Notes: a model not told the origin generated them from the letters alone. 64,000 nucleotides of DNA from a virus (IMGVR_UViG_3300042691_032331:1-64000), one strand, 5' to 3'. Shown: positions 1 through 7,981, numbered from the stretch's first letter. Numbers and translations are program-made.

Positions 1-67
1 GCTCAGTTGGGAGAGCAGCGGCTTTGCAAGCCGAAGGTCATCGGTTCGAACCCGTTCTTCTCCACCA
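1..67 (+). tRNA. tRNA-Ala(UGC), 5' end cut by window
   Basis: D-arm GCTCAGTTGGGAGAGC, anticodon loop TT-TGC-AA, GGTTCGAAC T-loop, encoded 3' ACCA. Confidence 0.92.
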
Positions 68-73
68 TTTAAG

Positions 74-307
74 ATGTTAGCATTTATTATTACTTTTATT
101 GCAGTCTTTATTACAGATGTTGTTAATGCATATTATATAAAGGCAATTACAGATGAAAAACCACTTACTGCTAGTTTGTGGGCAACCTTTGTAACCTTAA
201 CAGCAAGTATAGCAGTAATAAATTTCACAAATGATAACATTAACTTAATAGCTGCATTATTGGGTGCTTTCATAGGCACTTATGTTGCAGTCAGATATAA
301 AAAATAA
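74..307 (+). CDS. small membrane protein
   Basis: 77 aa ORF with three hydrophobic segments between tRNAs. Confidence 0.7.
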   Translation: MLAFIITFIAVFITDVVNAYYIKAITDEKPLTASLWATFVTLTASIAVINFTNDNINLIAALLGAFIGTYVAVRYKK

Positions 308-309
308 TT

Positions 310-399
310 GGAAGTGTGGCCGAGAGGTTTAAGGCACCGGTCTTGAAAACCGACGATTCAGCAATGGGTCCGTGAGTTCGAATCTCACCGCTTCCACCA
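310..399 (+). tRNA. tRNA-Ser(UGA)
   Basis: GGAAGTG/CGCTTCC acceptor, CT-TGA-AA loop, long variable arm, GTTCGAAT, CCA. Confidence 0.95.
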
Positions 400-415
400 A
401 GTTACCCAAAAGTGA

Positions 416-444
416 TTGACTTTTAATCACAAATCGCATATAAT
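416..444 (+). promoter_or_regulatory. sigma70-type promoter for ncRNA array / TROVE-like gene
   Basis: TTGACT(416-421)-17 nt-TATAAT(439-444); predicted start about 451, just before element 1. Confidence 0.85.
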
Positions 445-453
445 TACTTTTTA

Positions 454-578
454 AGGATAGATACAGCAATACTCTGATATTGGAGGGTTAATTGCATCGG
501 ACGTATAACCTCCGTTAGCGTTAACCAAGGTGAGTTTCGAGTTCTCACTCAAAACAAAAAGTAGAAAGCTATCCTGTT
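454..578 (+). ncRNA. CAGCA-stem structured RNA element 1
   Basis: AGGATAG(454-460)/CTATCCT(569-575) closing stem, 3 nt, CAGCAA, internal hairpins incl. TTCGA-loop hairpin, followed by GTT. Confidence 0.7.
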
Positions 579-586
579 ATTATATT

Positions 587-789
587 TGGATGAGTTCAGC
601 ATCACAAATAACGCTTTATTCTATAGAAGGTGGCTCGTAAGGCTTAATCTAATAGAAATATTAGACACTGAAGGAATAGATAGGCATAGAGAAGCTATGA
701 TATGTTGTCAGTAACAGAAGAATACTGAATGGGTCGTGGATATAAACAGGGCGACCAGAAAATAAATTTCTGTATCCGATCATCCAGTT
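587..789 (+). ncRNA. CAGCA-stem structured RNA element 2
   Basis: TGGATGA(587-593)/TCATCCA(780-786) stem, 3 nt, CAGCA, at least five internal hairpins, followed by GTT. Confidence 0.7.
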
Positions 790-800
790 TTACAAGTTTT

Positions 801-850
801 AGGATGCTAACAGCAATTATACTTTATGCGAAAAAGTAATGCATCCTGTT
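801..850 (+). ncRNA. CAGCA-stem structured RNA element 3 (minimal)
   Basis: AGGATGC(801-807)/GCATCCT(841-847) stem, 3 nt, CAGCAA, TACTTT/AAAGTA helix, followed by GTT. Confidence 0.7.
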
Positions 851-874
851 GCATAATATAGAAAGGAGACTCAT

Positions 875-2293
875 ATGCAATTCGCTGAGGCAATAAACAA
901 CCAAGAAGAACGTACTACAAATGGTATGAAGGCACGTAAGTCAACTGCAAATAGTTGCGTTGATTTGTTTTATAACATAGGTGCAAGTCGTGGTAAGAAT
1001 ATCGTTCCTGCGTTTACAAGTGCTTTTGTTGAAAACACTGACATAGCATTGCGTATTGCATTATGGGCACGTGATGTACGTGGTGGTGCAGGTGAACGTG
1101 AACTGTTTCGTCAGATTCTAACACACCTTGAAAAAACTAGTCCTGTTGATGCTGAACGCATTATGGCTAAAGTTCCTGAACTAGGTCGTTGGGATGATTT
1201 ATTTGTTTTTGAATCAAAAGATTTAAAAGCAAAAGCATTCACAATGTTAGGTGATGCACTTCGTCAAGAGAACGGTCTTGCTGCAAAGTGGACTCCACGT
1301 AAAGGTAAGCTTGCACGTGAAATCCGTGAGTTTTTTGGCATGACACCTAAGCAGTATCGTAAAAGCCTTGTAGCATTGACAAAAGTTGTTGAAACACAAA
1401 TGTGTGCAAACGACTGGGATAACATTAACTACAGTCATGTTCCTTCATTGGCACATGCACGTTATAAGAAAGCATTTGGTCGTCATGGTACAACTTATGC
1501 TGAATATATCAATAAGTTAGTTAATGGTGACAGTGATGTTAAAATTAACGCTGGTGCTGTATACCCATATGATGTATTGAAAGGTAGAATACATGGTTAT
1601 GGTCGTACAAAATTCAATGCAACTGAATTGGCAGCAATTCAAGCGCAGTGGGATGCACTACCAAACTATGTTGGTGACAGAAATGTTTTACCACTAGTTG
1701 ACGTAAGTGGTTCGATGACATGTAATGCAGGTCGTAATAGTAATCTTACATGTTTAGAAGTTGCTGTAAGTTTAGGTTTGTATTTTGCTGATAAAAATAA
1801 AGGCAAGTTTAAAGATTGTTTCTTGACCTTTAGCAGTTCACCTCAGTTACTAAACCTTAAAGGTAATATCAATCAAAAGATTGATCAAATGGTAACTTCA
1901 GAGTGGGCTATGAGTACTAACCTACATGCTGCATTTGAAAAAATTCTTAACACTAGTGTTAGTAACAATGTTCCTCAAGCAGAAATGCCTGAAACATTAA
2001 TAATCTTTAGTGATATGCAATTTAATCAGTGTATTCAATTCGATGATAGTGCAATACAAATGATTGAACGTAAATACACTGAAGCAGGTTACACAATGCC
2101 TAAAGTAGTGTTTTGGAATTTGAATGCACAATATGGCAACAGTCCTGTTAAGTTCGATAAGCGTGGTACTGCATTGGTAAGTGGTTTCAGTCCAACAATA
2201 GCAGCATCGTTGTTGACAGCAGATGTAGATAACTTCACACCAGAAGCTATCATGCTTAAAACTATTATGAAAGATCGTTACGATCTAGTGTAA
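875..2293 (+). CDS. TROVE/Ro60-like protein with C-terminal vWA domain (DUF2828-like)
   Basis: RDVRGGAGER, GRWDD, AAKWTPR motifs; MIDAS DVSGSM...STN...SDMQF; VFWNL; AAGGAG RBS. Confidence 0.85.
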   Translation: MQFAEAINNQEERTTNGMKARKSTANSCVDLFYNIGASRGKNIVPAFTSAFVENTDIALRIALWARDVRGGAGERELFRQILTHLEKTSPVDAERIMAKVPELGRWDDLFVFESKDLKAKAFTMLGDALRQENGLAAKWTPRKGKLAREIREFFGMTPKQYRKSLVALTKVVETQMCANDWDNINYSHVPSLAHARYKKAFGRHGTTYAEYINKLVNGDSDVKINAGAVYPYDVLKGRIHGYGRTKFNATELAAIQAQWDALPNYVGDRNVLPLVDVSGSMTCNAGRNSNLTCLEVAVSLGLYFADKNKGKFKDCFLTFSSSPQLLNLKGNINQKIDQMVTSEWAMSTNLHAAFEKILNTSVSNNVPQAEMPETLIIFSDMQFNQCIQFDDSAIQMIERKYTEAGYTMPKVVFWNLNAQYGNSPVKFDKRGTALVSGFSPTIAASLLTADVDNFTPEAIMLKTIMKDRYDLV

Positions 2294-2299
2294 TAGAGT

Positions 2300-2384
2300 G
2301 CCCCGGTGGCGAAATTGGTAGCCGCAATAGTTTAAGGTACTATCGCCGAAAGGCTTGTCGGTTCGAGTCCGACCTGGGGTACCA
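2300..2384 (+). tRNA. tRNA-Leu(AAG)
   Basis: ATAGT/ACTAT anticodon stem with loop TT-AAG-GT, long variable arm GCCGAAAGGC, GGTTCGAGTCC, A73-CCA. Confidence 0.9.
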
Positions 2385-2401
2385 TTCTTTAGGAGACTAT
2401 T

Positions 2402-2662
2402 ATGTTTAAAGATTATGAAGCTAAAATTCCTAAAAGTGATTTAGTACATGGTGCATATTATTACGGTAGTTGTCGTAATGCAAGTATTGCTCGTTGGAAT
2501 GCAGATAAACAAAGATTCTTTTATTGGCGAACAAAGTTTAATTCTAGTTTTGTAGAAGAAATTTGTCATCCCGAAGATGATAAAGTTTTTGATGTATTTG
2601 TAGTTGAAAAAGAAATAGACCCACCAATCAAAAAGATTCCATTCGACAATGAAGGGGATTAA
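2402..2662 (+). CDS. hypothetical phage protein
   Basis: ORF with AGGAG RBS. Confidence 0.75.
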   Translation: MFKDYEAKIPKSDLVHGAYYYGSCRNASIARWNADKQRFFYWRTKFNSSFVEEICHPEDDKVFDVFVVEKEIDPPIKKIPFDNEGD

Positions 2663-2663
2663 T

Positions 2664-2813
2664 ATGCCAATGTATGAAACAACAGTAAGAACTCCGCAAG
2701 GAGAAGTTAAAGATCGTGTCTATGCAAAAGATTTACAAGAAGCTAGGCAACTTTTTGAACAACGACATGGTCCTAGAAACGTACCATATATACCTAAAGT
2801 AATACCAAGTTAA
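2664..2813 (+). CDS. small hypothetical protein (49 aa, not in ORF track)
   Basis: MPMYETTVRTPQGEVKDRVYAKDLQEARQLFEQRHG...; GAAGGGG RBS; fills the gap exactly. Confidence 0.7.
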   Translation: MPMYETTVRTPQGEVKDRVYAKDLQEARQLFEQRHGPRNVPYIPKVIPS

Positions 2814-2824
2814 AGGAGATAATT

Positions 2825-3385
2825 ATGCCAGCAGTTTTTCTAGTAAGCGATACACATTTTGGTCATGCTGGCGTATGCAAATTCACACGTGACGATGGTA
2901 CTAAACTGCGTCCATGGGACAACCCAGACGAGATGGACGAAGAAATGATCAAGCGTTGGAATGAAACAGTACGACCTAATGATAAAGTATATCATCTAGG
3001 TGATGTTGTTATAAACAGAAAGGCTTTAAAAACTCTGTCTCGTTTAAATGGTGACAAAGTACTAATCAAAGGTAATCATGATATTTTTCGTTTAGAAGAA
3101 TATACAGAATACTTTCGTGATGTACGTGGCTACCATGTAATGAACGGGATGATTCTTAGTCATATTCCTGTGCATGAAGAAAGCCTAGGTCGTTTTGGTA
3201 CTAACATTCATGGTCATCTTCATTATAATAGAGTAAAGAAAGATGAAGTAATTGACCCTCGTTATCATTGTGTTTGCGTAGAGCACACTGATTATCGCCC
3301 AATACTGTTTGAAGAAGTAATCAAACGTATAAAAGAAGAAGGCGGAACAATAGGATTTAAAAATGGCAATGGACCTACAATGTAA
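2825..3385 (+). CDS. calcineurin-like metallophosphoesterase
   Basis: SDTHFGH, LGD, GNHD, SH, HGHLH motifs. Confidence 0.9.
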   Translation: MPAVFLVSDTHFGHAGVCKFTRDDGTKLRPWDNPDEMDEEMIKRWNETVRPNDKVYHLGDVVINRKALKTLSRLNGDKVLIKGNHDIFRLEEYTEYFRDVRGYHVMNGMILSHIPVHEESLGRFGTNIHGHLHYNRVKKDEVIDPRYHCVCVEHTDYRPILFEEVIKRIKEEGGTIGFKNGNGPTM

Positions 3386-3402
3386 ATTGTAGGTCTTTTT
3401 TT
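3372..3402 (+). terminator. intrinsic terminator
   Basis: GACCTACAAT/ATTGTAGGTC stem followed by T7. Confidence 0.75.
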
Positions 3403-3419
3403 ATGGCGTAAATAGTCGT

Positions 3420-3983
3420 ATGGATCGCAACATAGAAAGTTACATTAAAGTCTACAATAACTTCCTTCCTAAAGAGGAATGCAACATAGCAGTAAAAGAA
3501 TTAAATTCAATAACTGATTACCATACTCATTCTTACTATCAACAAAACGAAAATAAAAGCTATTCGTTTGATACAGATTTTCTATATTCATATTCTAATA
3601 TTTCATTAAAAGAAAAAATTACTATAAACATTTGGTTCAAAATTAAAGAATACATTGACGATTTAAATTTTGTTTGGATGAGTGCATGGACTGGTTATAC
3701 AGATCCTAGATTTAATAGATATGATGTGGGCACTTGCATGAACGAGCATTGTGATAACATAACATCTATATTCGATGGCACTATAAAAGGAGTGCCAATG
3801 CTTTCAGTGTTGGGATTACTTAATGACGATTACGAGGGTGGTGAATTCGTTATGTGGTGTGATAAAGTTATTGAACTTAAAGCAGGAGACTTAATAATTT
3901 TCCCATCAAACTTTTTATACCCTCATAAAGTCAACCCTGTAACTAAAGGTACAAGATATTCTTTTATATCATGGGTGTGGTAA
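3420..3983 (+). CDS. 2OG-Fe(II) oxygenase (prolyl-hydroxylase-like)
   Basis: HxD (HCD), LNDDYEGGEF, FPSNFLYPH.V..VTKGTRYS. Confidence 0.9.
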   Translation: MDRNIESYIKVYNNFLPKEECNIAVKELNSITDYHTHSYYQQNENKSYSFDTDFLYSYSNISLKEKITINIWFKIKEYIDDLNFVWMSAWTGYTDPRFNRYDVGTCMNEHCDNITSIFDGTIKGVPMLSVLGLLNDDYEGGEFVMWCDKVIELKAGDLIIFPSNFLYPHKVNPVTKGTRYSFISWVW

Positions 3984-5099
3984 TAGATTTGTCACATCAT
4001 TTAGTTGCTGCTCATAACTTCTAACATCTTTTTGTCGCACTAAATGCATACTAGGATACCAAGGTGTAGTTGGTGTATCATACAACCAACGCCAGCATGT
4101 TTTATATCTATCTAGTAGTAAAATTGTTTTTTTACCCATAGCACCTGCTAAATGTGCTAGTCCAGTATCTACTGATATTACACAATCTAAATGATATAAA
4201 AGTCCTGCTGTATCATTCCATACACGAATATGCTCAAAGTAATCAAAAATATTTGCTCCTTGAACCATAAGTGTTTCTTCTTCAGTATAACTTGCTTGTA
4301 GGTTTACATAATCATACTGAGGATTATTTTTCATAAATTTAGAAAACATTTCCATAGGATATGATTTACTATTACCCTTACAACTGTATCCTATTCTAGG
4401 TTTGTTACTTTTGCCTACTATCTTTTTCCACTTGTTTATAAGCTTTTTGTCTAGTTTTATGTAATTGTTTATTTGAGGGAAATTGTCAAAAGTAATTTTC
4501 AAACATTTTGGTACACTCATCAATGGAGACCAGTAATCAAAATCTTCATATACAACCTTGTTTGTTACAACTTCATAGTCAGGAAAACTTGTAGCAAACA
4601 GATCAACTAAATTGATCTCAGTTTGTATAATAGGAATGACACCCATTTCTTTTAATGTATGTGCATAACGAATAAACTGTATATTATCTCCGTCTCCTTC
4701 TTCACAAGTGATTAATAATCTTTTCCCAGTTATATCTTCACCATTCCATCTAGGTTTACTCCAACCTTCTAATGTGTGTTCATGGTACTTAAAACGCCAA
4801 CGTGCCTCAAATAATTCCCATCCTTTGTTTAATTCTCCTGCTGCTAAGTGTGCTACTGCATAATTAAATGGAGCGTTTCTATCATCATTATCAATACGCA
4901 TTGCAGTCTCAAAAAATCCCTTTGCTTCTTGTGGGAATCCCATCTCCCGTAAAATGCTTCCATAGTTATTGTATGCTAATCCTAAGTTAGGTATACGAAT
5001 AAAAGCCTCTGCATAGTATCGTAATGCATTGGGCAAATCATCATTATAGTATGATTCTTTGGCTAAATAATCTATTTCTTCTAGTGTTAATGATATCAT
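3969..5099 (-). CDS. TPR-repeat + GT9-like glycosyltransferase
   Basis: N-terminal TPRs, EEGDGDNIQF, ISVDTGLAHLAGAMG, WRW...TPWYPS; start set at ATG 5099. Confidence 0.85.
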   Translation of the reverse strand: MISLTLEEIDYLAKESYYNDDLPNALRYYAEAFIRIPNLGLAYNNYGSILREMGFPQEAKGFFETAMRIDNDDRNAPFNYAVAHLAAGELNKGWELFEARWRFKYHEHTLEGWSKPRWNGEDITGKRLLITCEEGDGDNIQFIRYAHTLKEMGVIPIIQTEINLVDLFATSFPDYEVVTNKVVYEDFDYWSPLMSVPKCLKITFDNFPQINNYIKLDKKLINKWKKIVGKSNKPRIGYSCKGNSKSYPMEMFSKFMKNNPQYDYVNLQASYTEEETLMVQGANIFDYFEHIRVWNDTAGLLYHLDCVISVDTGLAHLAGAMGKKTILLLDRYKTCWRWLYDTPTTPWYPSMHLVRQKDVRSYEQQLNDVTNLLPHP

Positions 5100-5191
5100 A
5101 GCGATATTTATTGACAAAGTGGCTACTTATCTAGTTTTTATCCATATTAAAGCTTGATATTTTAACACAACTTTCATATAATAAATATCTC

Positions 5192-6001
5192 ATGCGAAAA
5201 ATTATTTTAACTTTACTATTTGTTCCAATTATCAGTTGGGCACAACCTAGTTCTATTTTATACAACATAACAAACGAAACGGTTATCCGCGGTTCTTTAG
5301 ATAATCAGCCTGTTAGTATTGCAAGTATAAGCAAACTGCTTACTGTGTATACTGTATTAAAGGCTAACCAACCTTTAGATGAAATACTTACAGTGACTAA
5401 TAATAAAACACCTCACACCAAATTACGTAAAGGTATGAAGCTAACACGTAAAGAATTGATTGATATGTCTTTAATTAGCAGTGACAACCTAGCTGCTATG
5501 ACATTGGCAGAAAATTATACAGGAGGATATGGTAACTTCATTTCAAGAATGAATCAACATGCACATGATTTACATATGCATGATTCAGGATTTGTAGAAC
5601 CAACTGGACTTAGTCCTATGAATCATAGTACAATTAATGATTTAATTTTATTAACAAGAGCTGTAAGTTCTTTTGATATAATTCAGGCTGCTGCACAAAC
5701 GCACCGTGTGATAACAACGCCTACAGGTTTTTATAAAAAACAAAAATACAAAAAACGCAAGAAACCTATACGTGAACCTATTATTGAAAGGAAGCTTGTA
5801 AATAATCCTACGAGTAACTTTTTTGGTCGTGAAGGTGTAATCACTATTAAAACTGGCTTTACTAGAGCAGCAGGTTTTTGTATTACCATGTTAGTATCTG
5901 CTAACAATCAATTATACAATATAACTGTTTTGGGAGCTAAAACAAAACAGGAACGTCAAAAAATAATAGAAAAGAATTTTCAGGCAATCTATAATACGTA
6001 A
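5192..6001 (+). CDS. D-alanyl-D-alanine carboxy/endopeptidase (peptidase S11, PBP7-like)
   Basis: signal peptide; SxxK (SISK), SxN (SDN), KTG motifs. Confidence 0.9.
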   Translation: MRKIILTLLFVPIISWAQPSSILYNITNETVIRGSLDNQPVSIASISKLLTVYTVLKANQPLDEILTVTNNKTPHTKLRKGMKLTRKELIDMSLISSDNLAAMTLAENYTGGYGNFISRMNQHAHDLHMHDSGFVEPTGLSPMNHSTINDLILLTRAVSSFDIIQAAAQTHRVITTPTGFYKKQKYKKRKKPIREPIIERKLVNNPTSNFFGREGVITIKTGFTRAAGFCITMLVSANNQLYNITVLGAKTKQERQKIIEKNFQAIYNT

Positions 6002-6438
6002 TGCATGTAACTTACTTTTATAATAAAAATAAACCTGATTATAAACACGAATCTATTATAACACCAATTACAAAGGCAGTAAGTAAAATTATAGAGTTGC
6101 CTCCTGCAATTGAAGTTTGTCTATACGATTTAGGAAAAAGCACATATGGTGGAATAGACCTGTATAGAGTAAATCGTATAGGTATGAATTACACCTTACC
6201 CTACGATGGTGTCCCCATCATCTTAGTACATGAACTAATACATGTACATCAAAAGCATAAAGGATATCTTAAAATTACTCCAAGAGGTCACTGCTACTGG
6301 CATGGGGTTTTATTCTCACAAAAACTCTCTGAAGAAATGTCATATGAAGATTATATGAATTTACCTTGGGAAATAGATGCATACAACAAACAAGACAAAA
6401 TCCTATCAGAAGCTATTGCTATTTTGACAACAAAATAA
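6001..6438 (+). CDS. zincin-like metallopeptidase
   Basis: HELIH and PWEIDA motifs. Confidence 0.75.
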   Translation: MHVTYFYNKNKPDYKHESIITPITKAVSKIIELPPAIEVCLYDLGKSTYGGIDLYRVNRIGMNYTLPYDGVPIILVHELIHVHQKHKGYLKITPRGHCYWHGVLFSQKLSEEMSYEDYMNLPWEIDAYNKQDKILSEAIAILTTK

Positions 6439-6763
6439 TTTGACAAATAATTCGTTTGGTAATATACTATAACTGTGTTAAAAGACAAGGAGAGACAAAA
6501 TGTTCTGGGGACTTTTAGTTTTAGCAATTATTATTTGGATTGTAACTAGACCAAAAGGAGATTAACATGTCAAAATATTATGTTATTGACCTGCAATATT
6601 CTCAAACTGATAAGGATACTATTATCGTTCGGGCAAAATCTGAAGAGGACGCACTAAAAGTTATCAGTCATGCATGTACAGCCCGATATATTTCTGTTGT
6701 CAGAGTAGCAACTTCGTTAAAAATTGCTTGACAAATAATACAGTTGGGTATATAATGTTTTTT

Positions 6764-7105
6764 ATGATGAAAACTCGAAAAAAACGTTCGGACCGCAATC
6801 ACGTAGTTTATTGCATAACTAACAACATTACTGGTGAACAGTATGTTGGTATTACTGCATTGGGTTATAAAGGCAATGTAAAACGCACGTTATATCGGCG
6901 TATGCAAAAACATTATCAACGTGCTATGTCGGAAAACAAAAATTGGACATTATGTGAAAATTTGCGTACTTATGGTGCAGAATCTTTCACGTTTGGTGTG
7001 CTAGAAGTTGTACGTGGAAAATTACAAGCCCACGCACGTGAGACATTAATTATTAATACTTTTCAGCCAGCACTAAACACGTTTGGTAATAAATTATCAG
7101 TATAA
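6764..7105 (+). CDS. GIY-YIG family nuclease-like protein
   Basis: VVYCITN...YVG, R..H, E...I...P.LN; start re-set to ATG 6764 just after promoter TTGACA(6728)-17-TATAAT(6751). Confidence 0.7.
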   Translation: MMKTRKKRSDRNHVVYCITNNITGEQYVGITALGYKGNVKRTLYRRMQKHYQRAMSENKNWTLCENLRTYGAESFTFGVLEVVRGKLQAHARETLIINTFQPALNTFGNKLSV

Positions 7106-7111
7106 AATTAG

Positions 7112-7324
7112 ATGAATAATTTAATTGAAGAATTTGCAGAACAAGCAAAAGAATCAATTCCTAAAGGGATGTTTGCTCCTGATATGTGGATTAAAGAATA
7201 TAACAGACGGTTGGGCGAACTGATTGTAAGAGAGTGTGCTAAAATTGCAAACAACCCTGCACAGGGATGCTATTCAAGTTTTGGAGACAATGTATTAAAA
7301 CATTTTGGAATTGATAATGAATGA
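7112..7324 (+). CDS. early protein, ELIVREC paralog family
   Basis: MN..I.E.A...ELIVRECA...KHFG motif shared with five other ORFs. Confidence 0.75.
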   Translation: MNNLIEEFAEQAKESIPKGMFAPDMWIKEYNRRLGELIVRECAKIANNPAQGCYSSFGDNVLKHFGIDNE

Positions 7325-7613
7325 ACTAATCCGATCACTGGCATTGCAGGCTCATAATGAGACACTTGTAGCATATAGGAATAGAATGGAAACTGAATTT
7401 GCAGGAGACGTAATTTTTTCAGATATGTACGACCAAAAATTTGCAGAATTGATTGTTAGAGAATGTGCTGGCATTTGTGATGATTATGGTATGCCTGACA
7501 GTACCAGTCAGACTGCAATGATACTATCAATGACAATTAAACATAAATTTGGAATTAAAGATGTTGATACAGAACTACGTAACCGTAGTACTTACTTCGG
7601 AAATAATCCATAA
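7317..7613 (+). CDS. early protein, ELIVREC paralog family
   Basis: KFAELIVRECAGICDDY; close paralog of 56802-57098. Confidence 0.75.
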   Translation: MNELIRSLALQAHNETLVAYRNRMETEFAGDVIFSDMYDQKFAELIVRECAGICDDYGMPDSTSQTAMILSMTIKHKFGIKDVDTELRNRSTYFGNNP

Positions 7614-7635
7614 ACTAACCAATTGGAGTTTAAAA

Positions 7636-7737
7636 ATGAGATTAATTGTATCTATAATTGCTTTCTTGCTAATTCCTATAGCAGCTATAGTTGTTGCATT
7701 TCAGGTCGCTAAAGTATTTGTCGAACATCATATGTAA
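7636..7737 (+). CDS. small membrane protein
   Basis: MRLIVSII...VVAFQVAK; GGAG RBS; paralog at 57071-57190. Confidence 0.7.
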   Translation: MRLIVSIIAFLLIPIAAIVVAFQVAKVFVEHHM

Positions 7738-7799
7738 CAATTTACCCAAAATATTTTACTTTTATTGTAATTGCTGTATAATTTGTTAAGGAGATAGAA

Positions 7800-7979
7800 A
7801 TGCTTAATAAAATTGATCTTTTTACTATTAAATACTTTAAAGAAATTTCTTGGACAGTAATTTCTTTGTGTTGCTTGGCTGTAATTTTTTCTTTGCTTTC
7901 TGGGAACTTTTTTCTAGCTATAGTAAATGGAATGATTGCAATACTTAATTATATGAATTATATTAGTTACCGAGAATAA
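7800..7979 (+). CDS. small membrane protein (59 aa)
   Basis: AAGGAG RBS, two hydrophobic segments. Confidence 0.6.
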   Translation: MLNKIDLFTIKYFKEISWTVISLCCLAVIFSLLSGNFFLAIVNGMIAILNYMNYISYRE

Positions 7980-7981
7980 TT

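Noticed and set aside
454-850. Calling the three units canonical Y RNAs or a CRISPR array
   Set aside because: The canonical Y-RNA stem sequence with bulged C is not evident. Conserved parts are short covarying stems with 50-200 nt spacing, unlike CRISPR repeats, and no cas genes are present.
2331-2338. Reading the Leu tRNA anticodon as TAA
   Set aside because: That register breaks the perfect ATAGT/ACTAT stem; AAG with U33 and G37 fits.
6764-7105. GIY-YIG ORF as intron-encoded homing endonuclease
   Set aside because: Short, free-standing, has its own promoter; no interrupted host gene or intron core seen.
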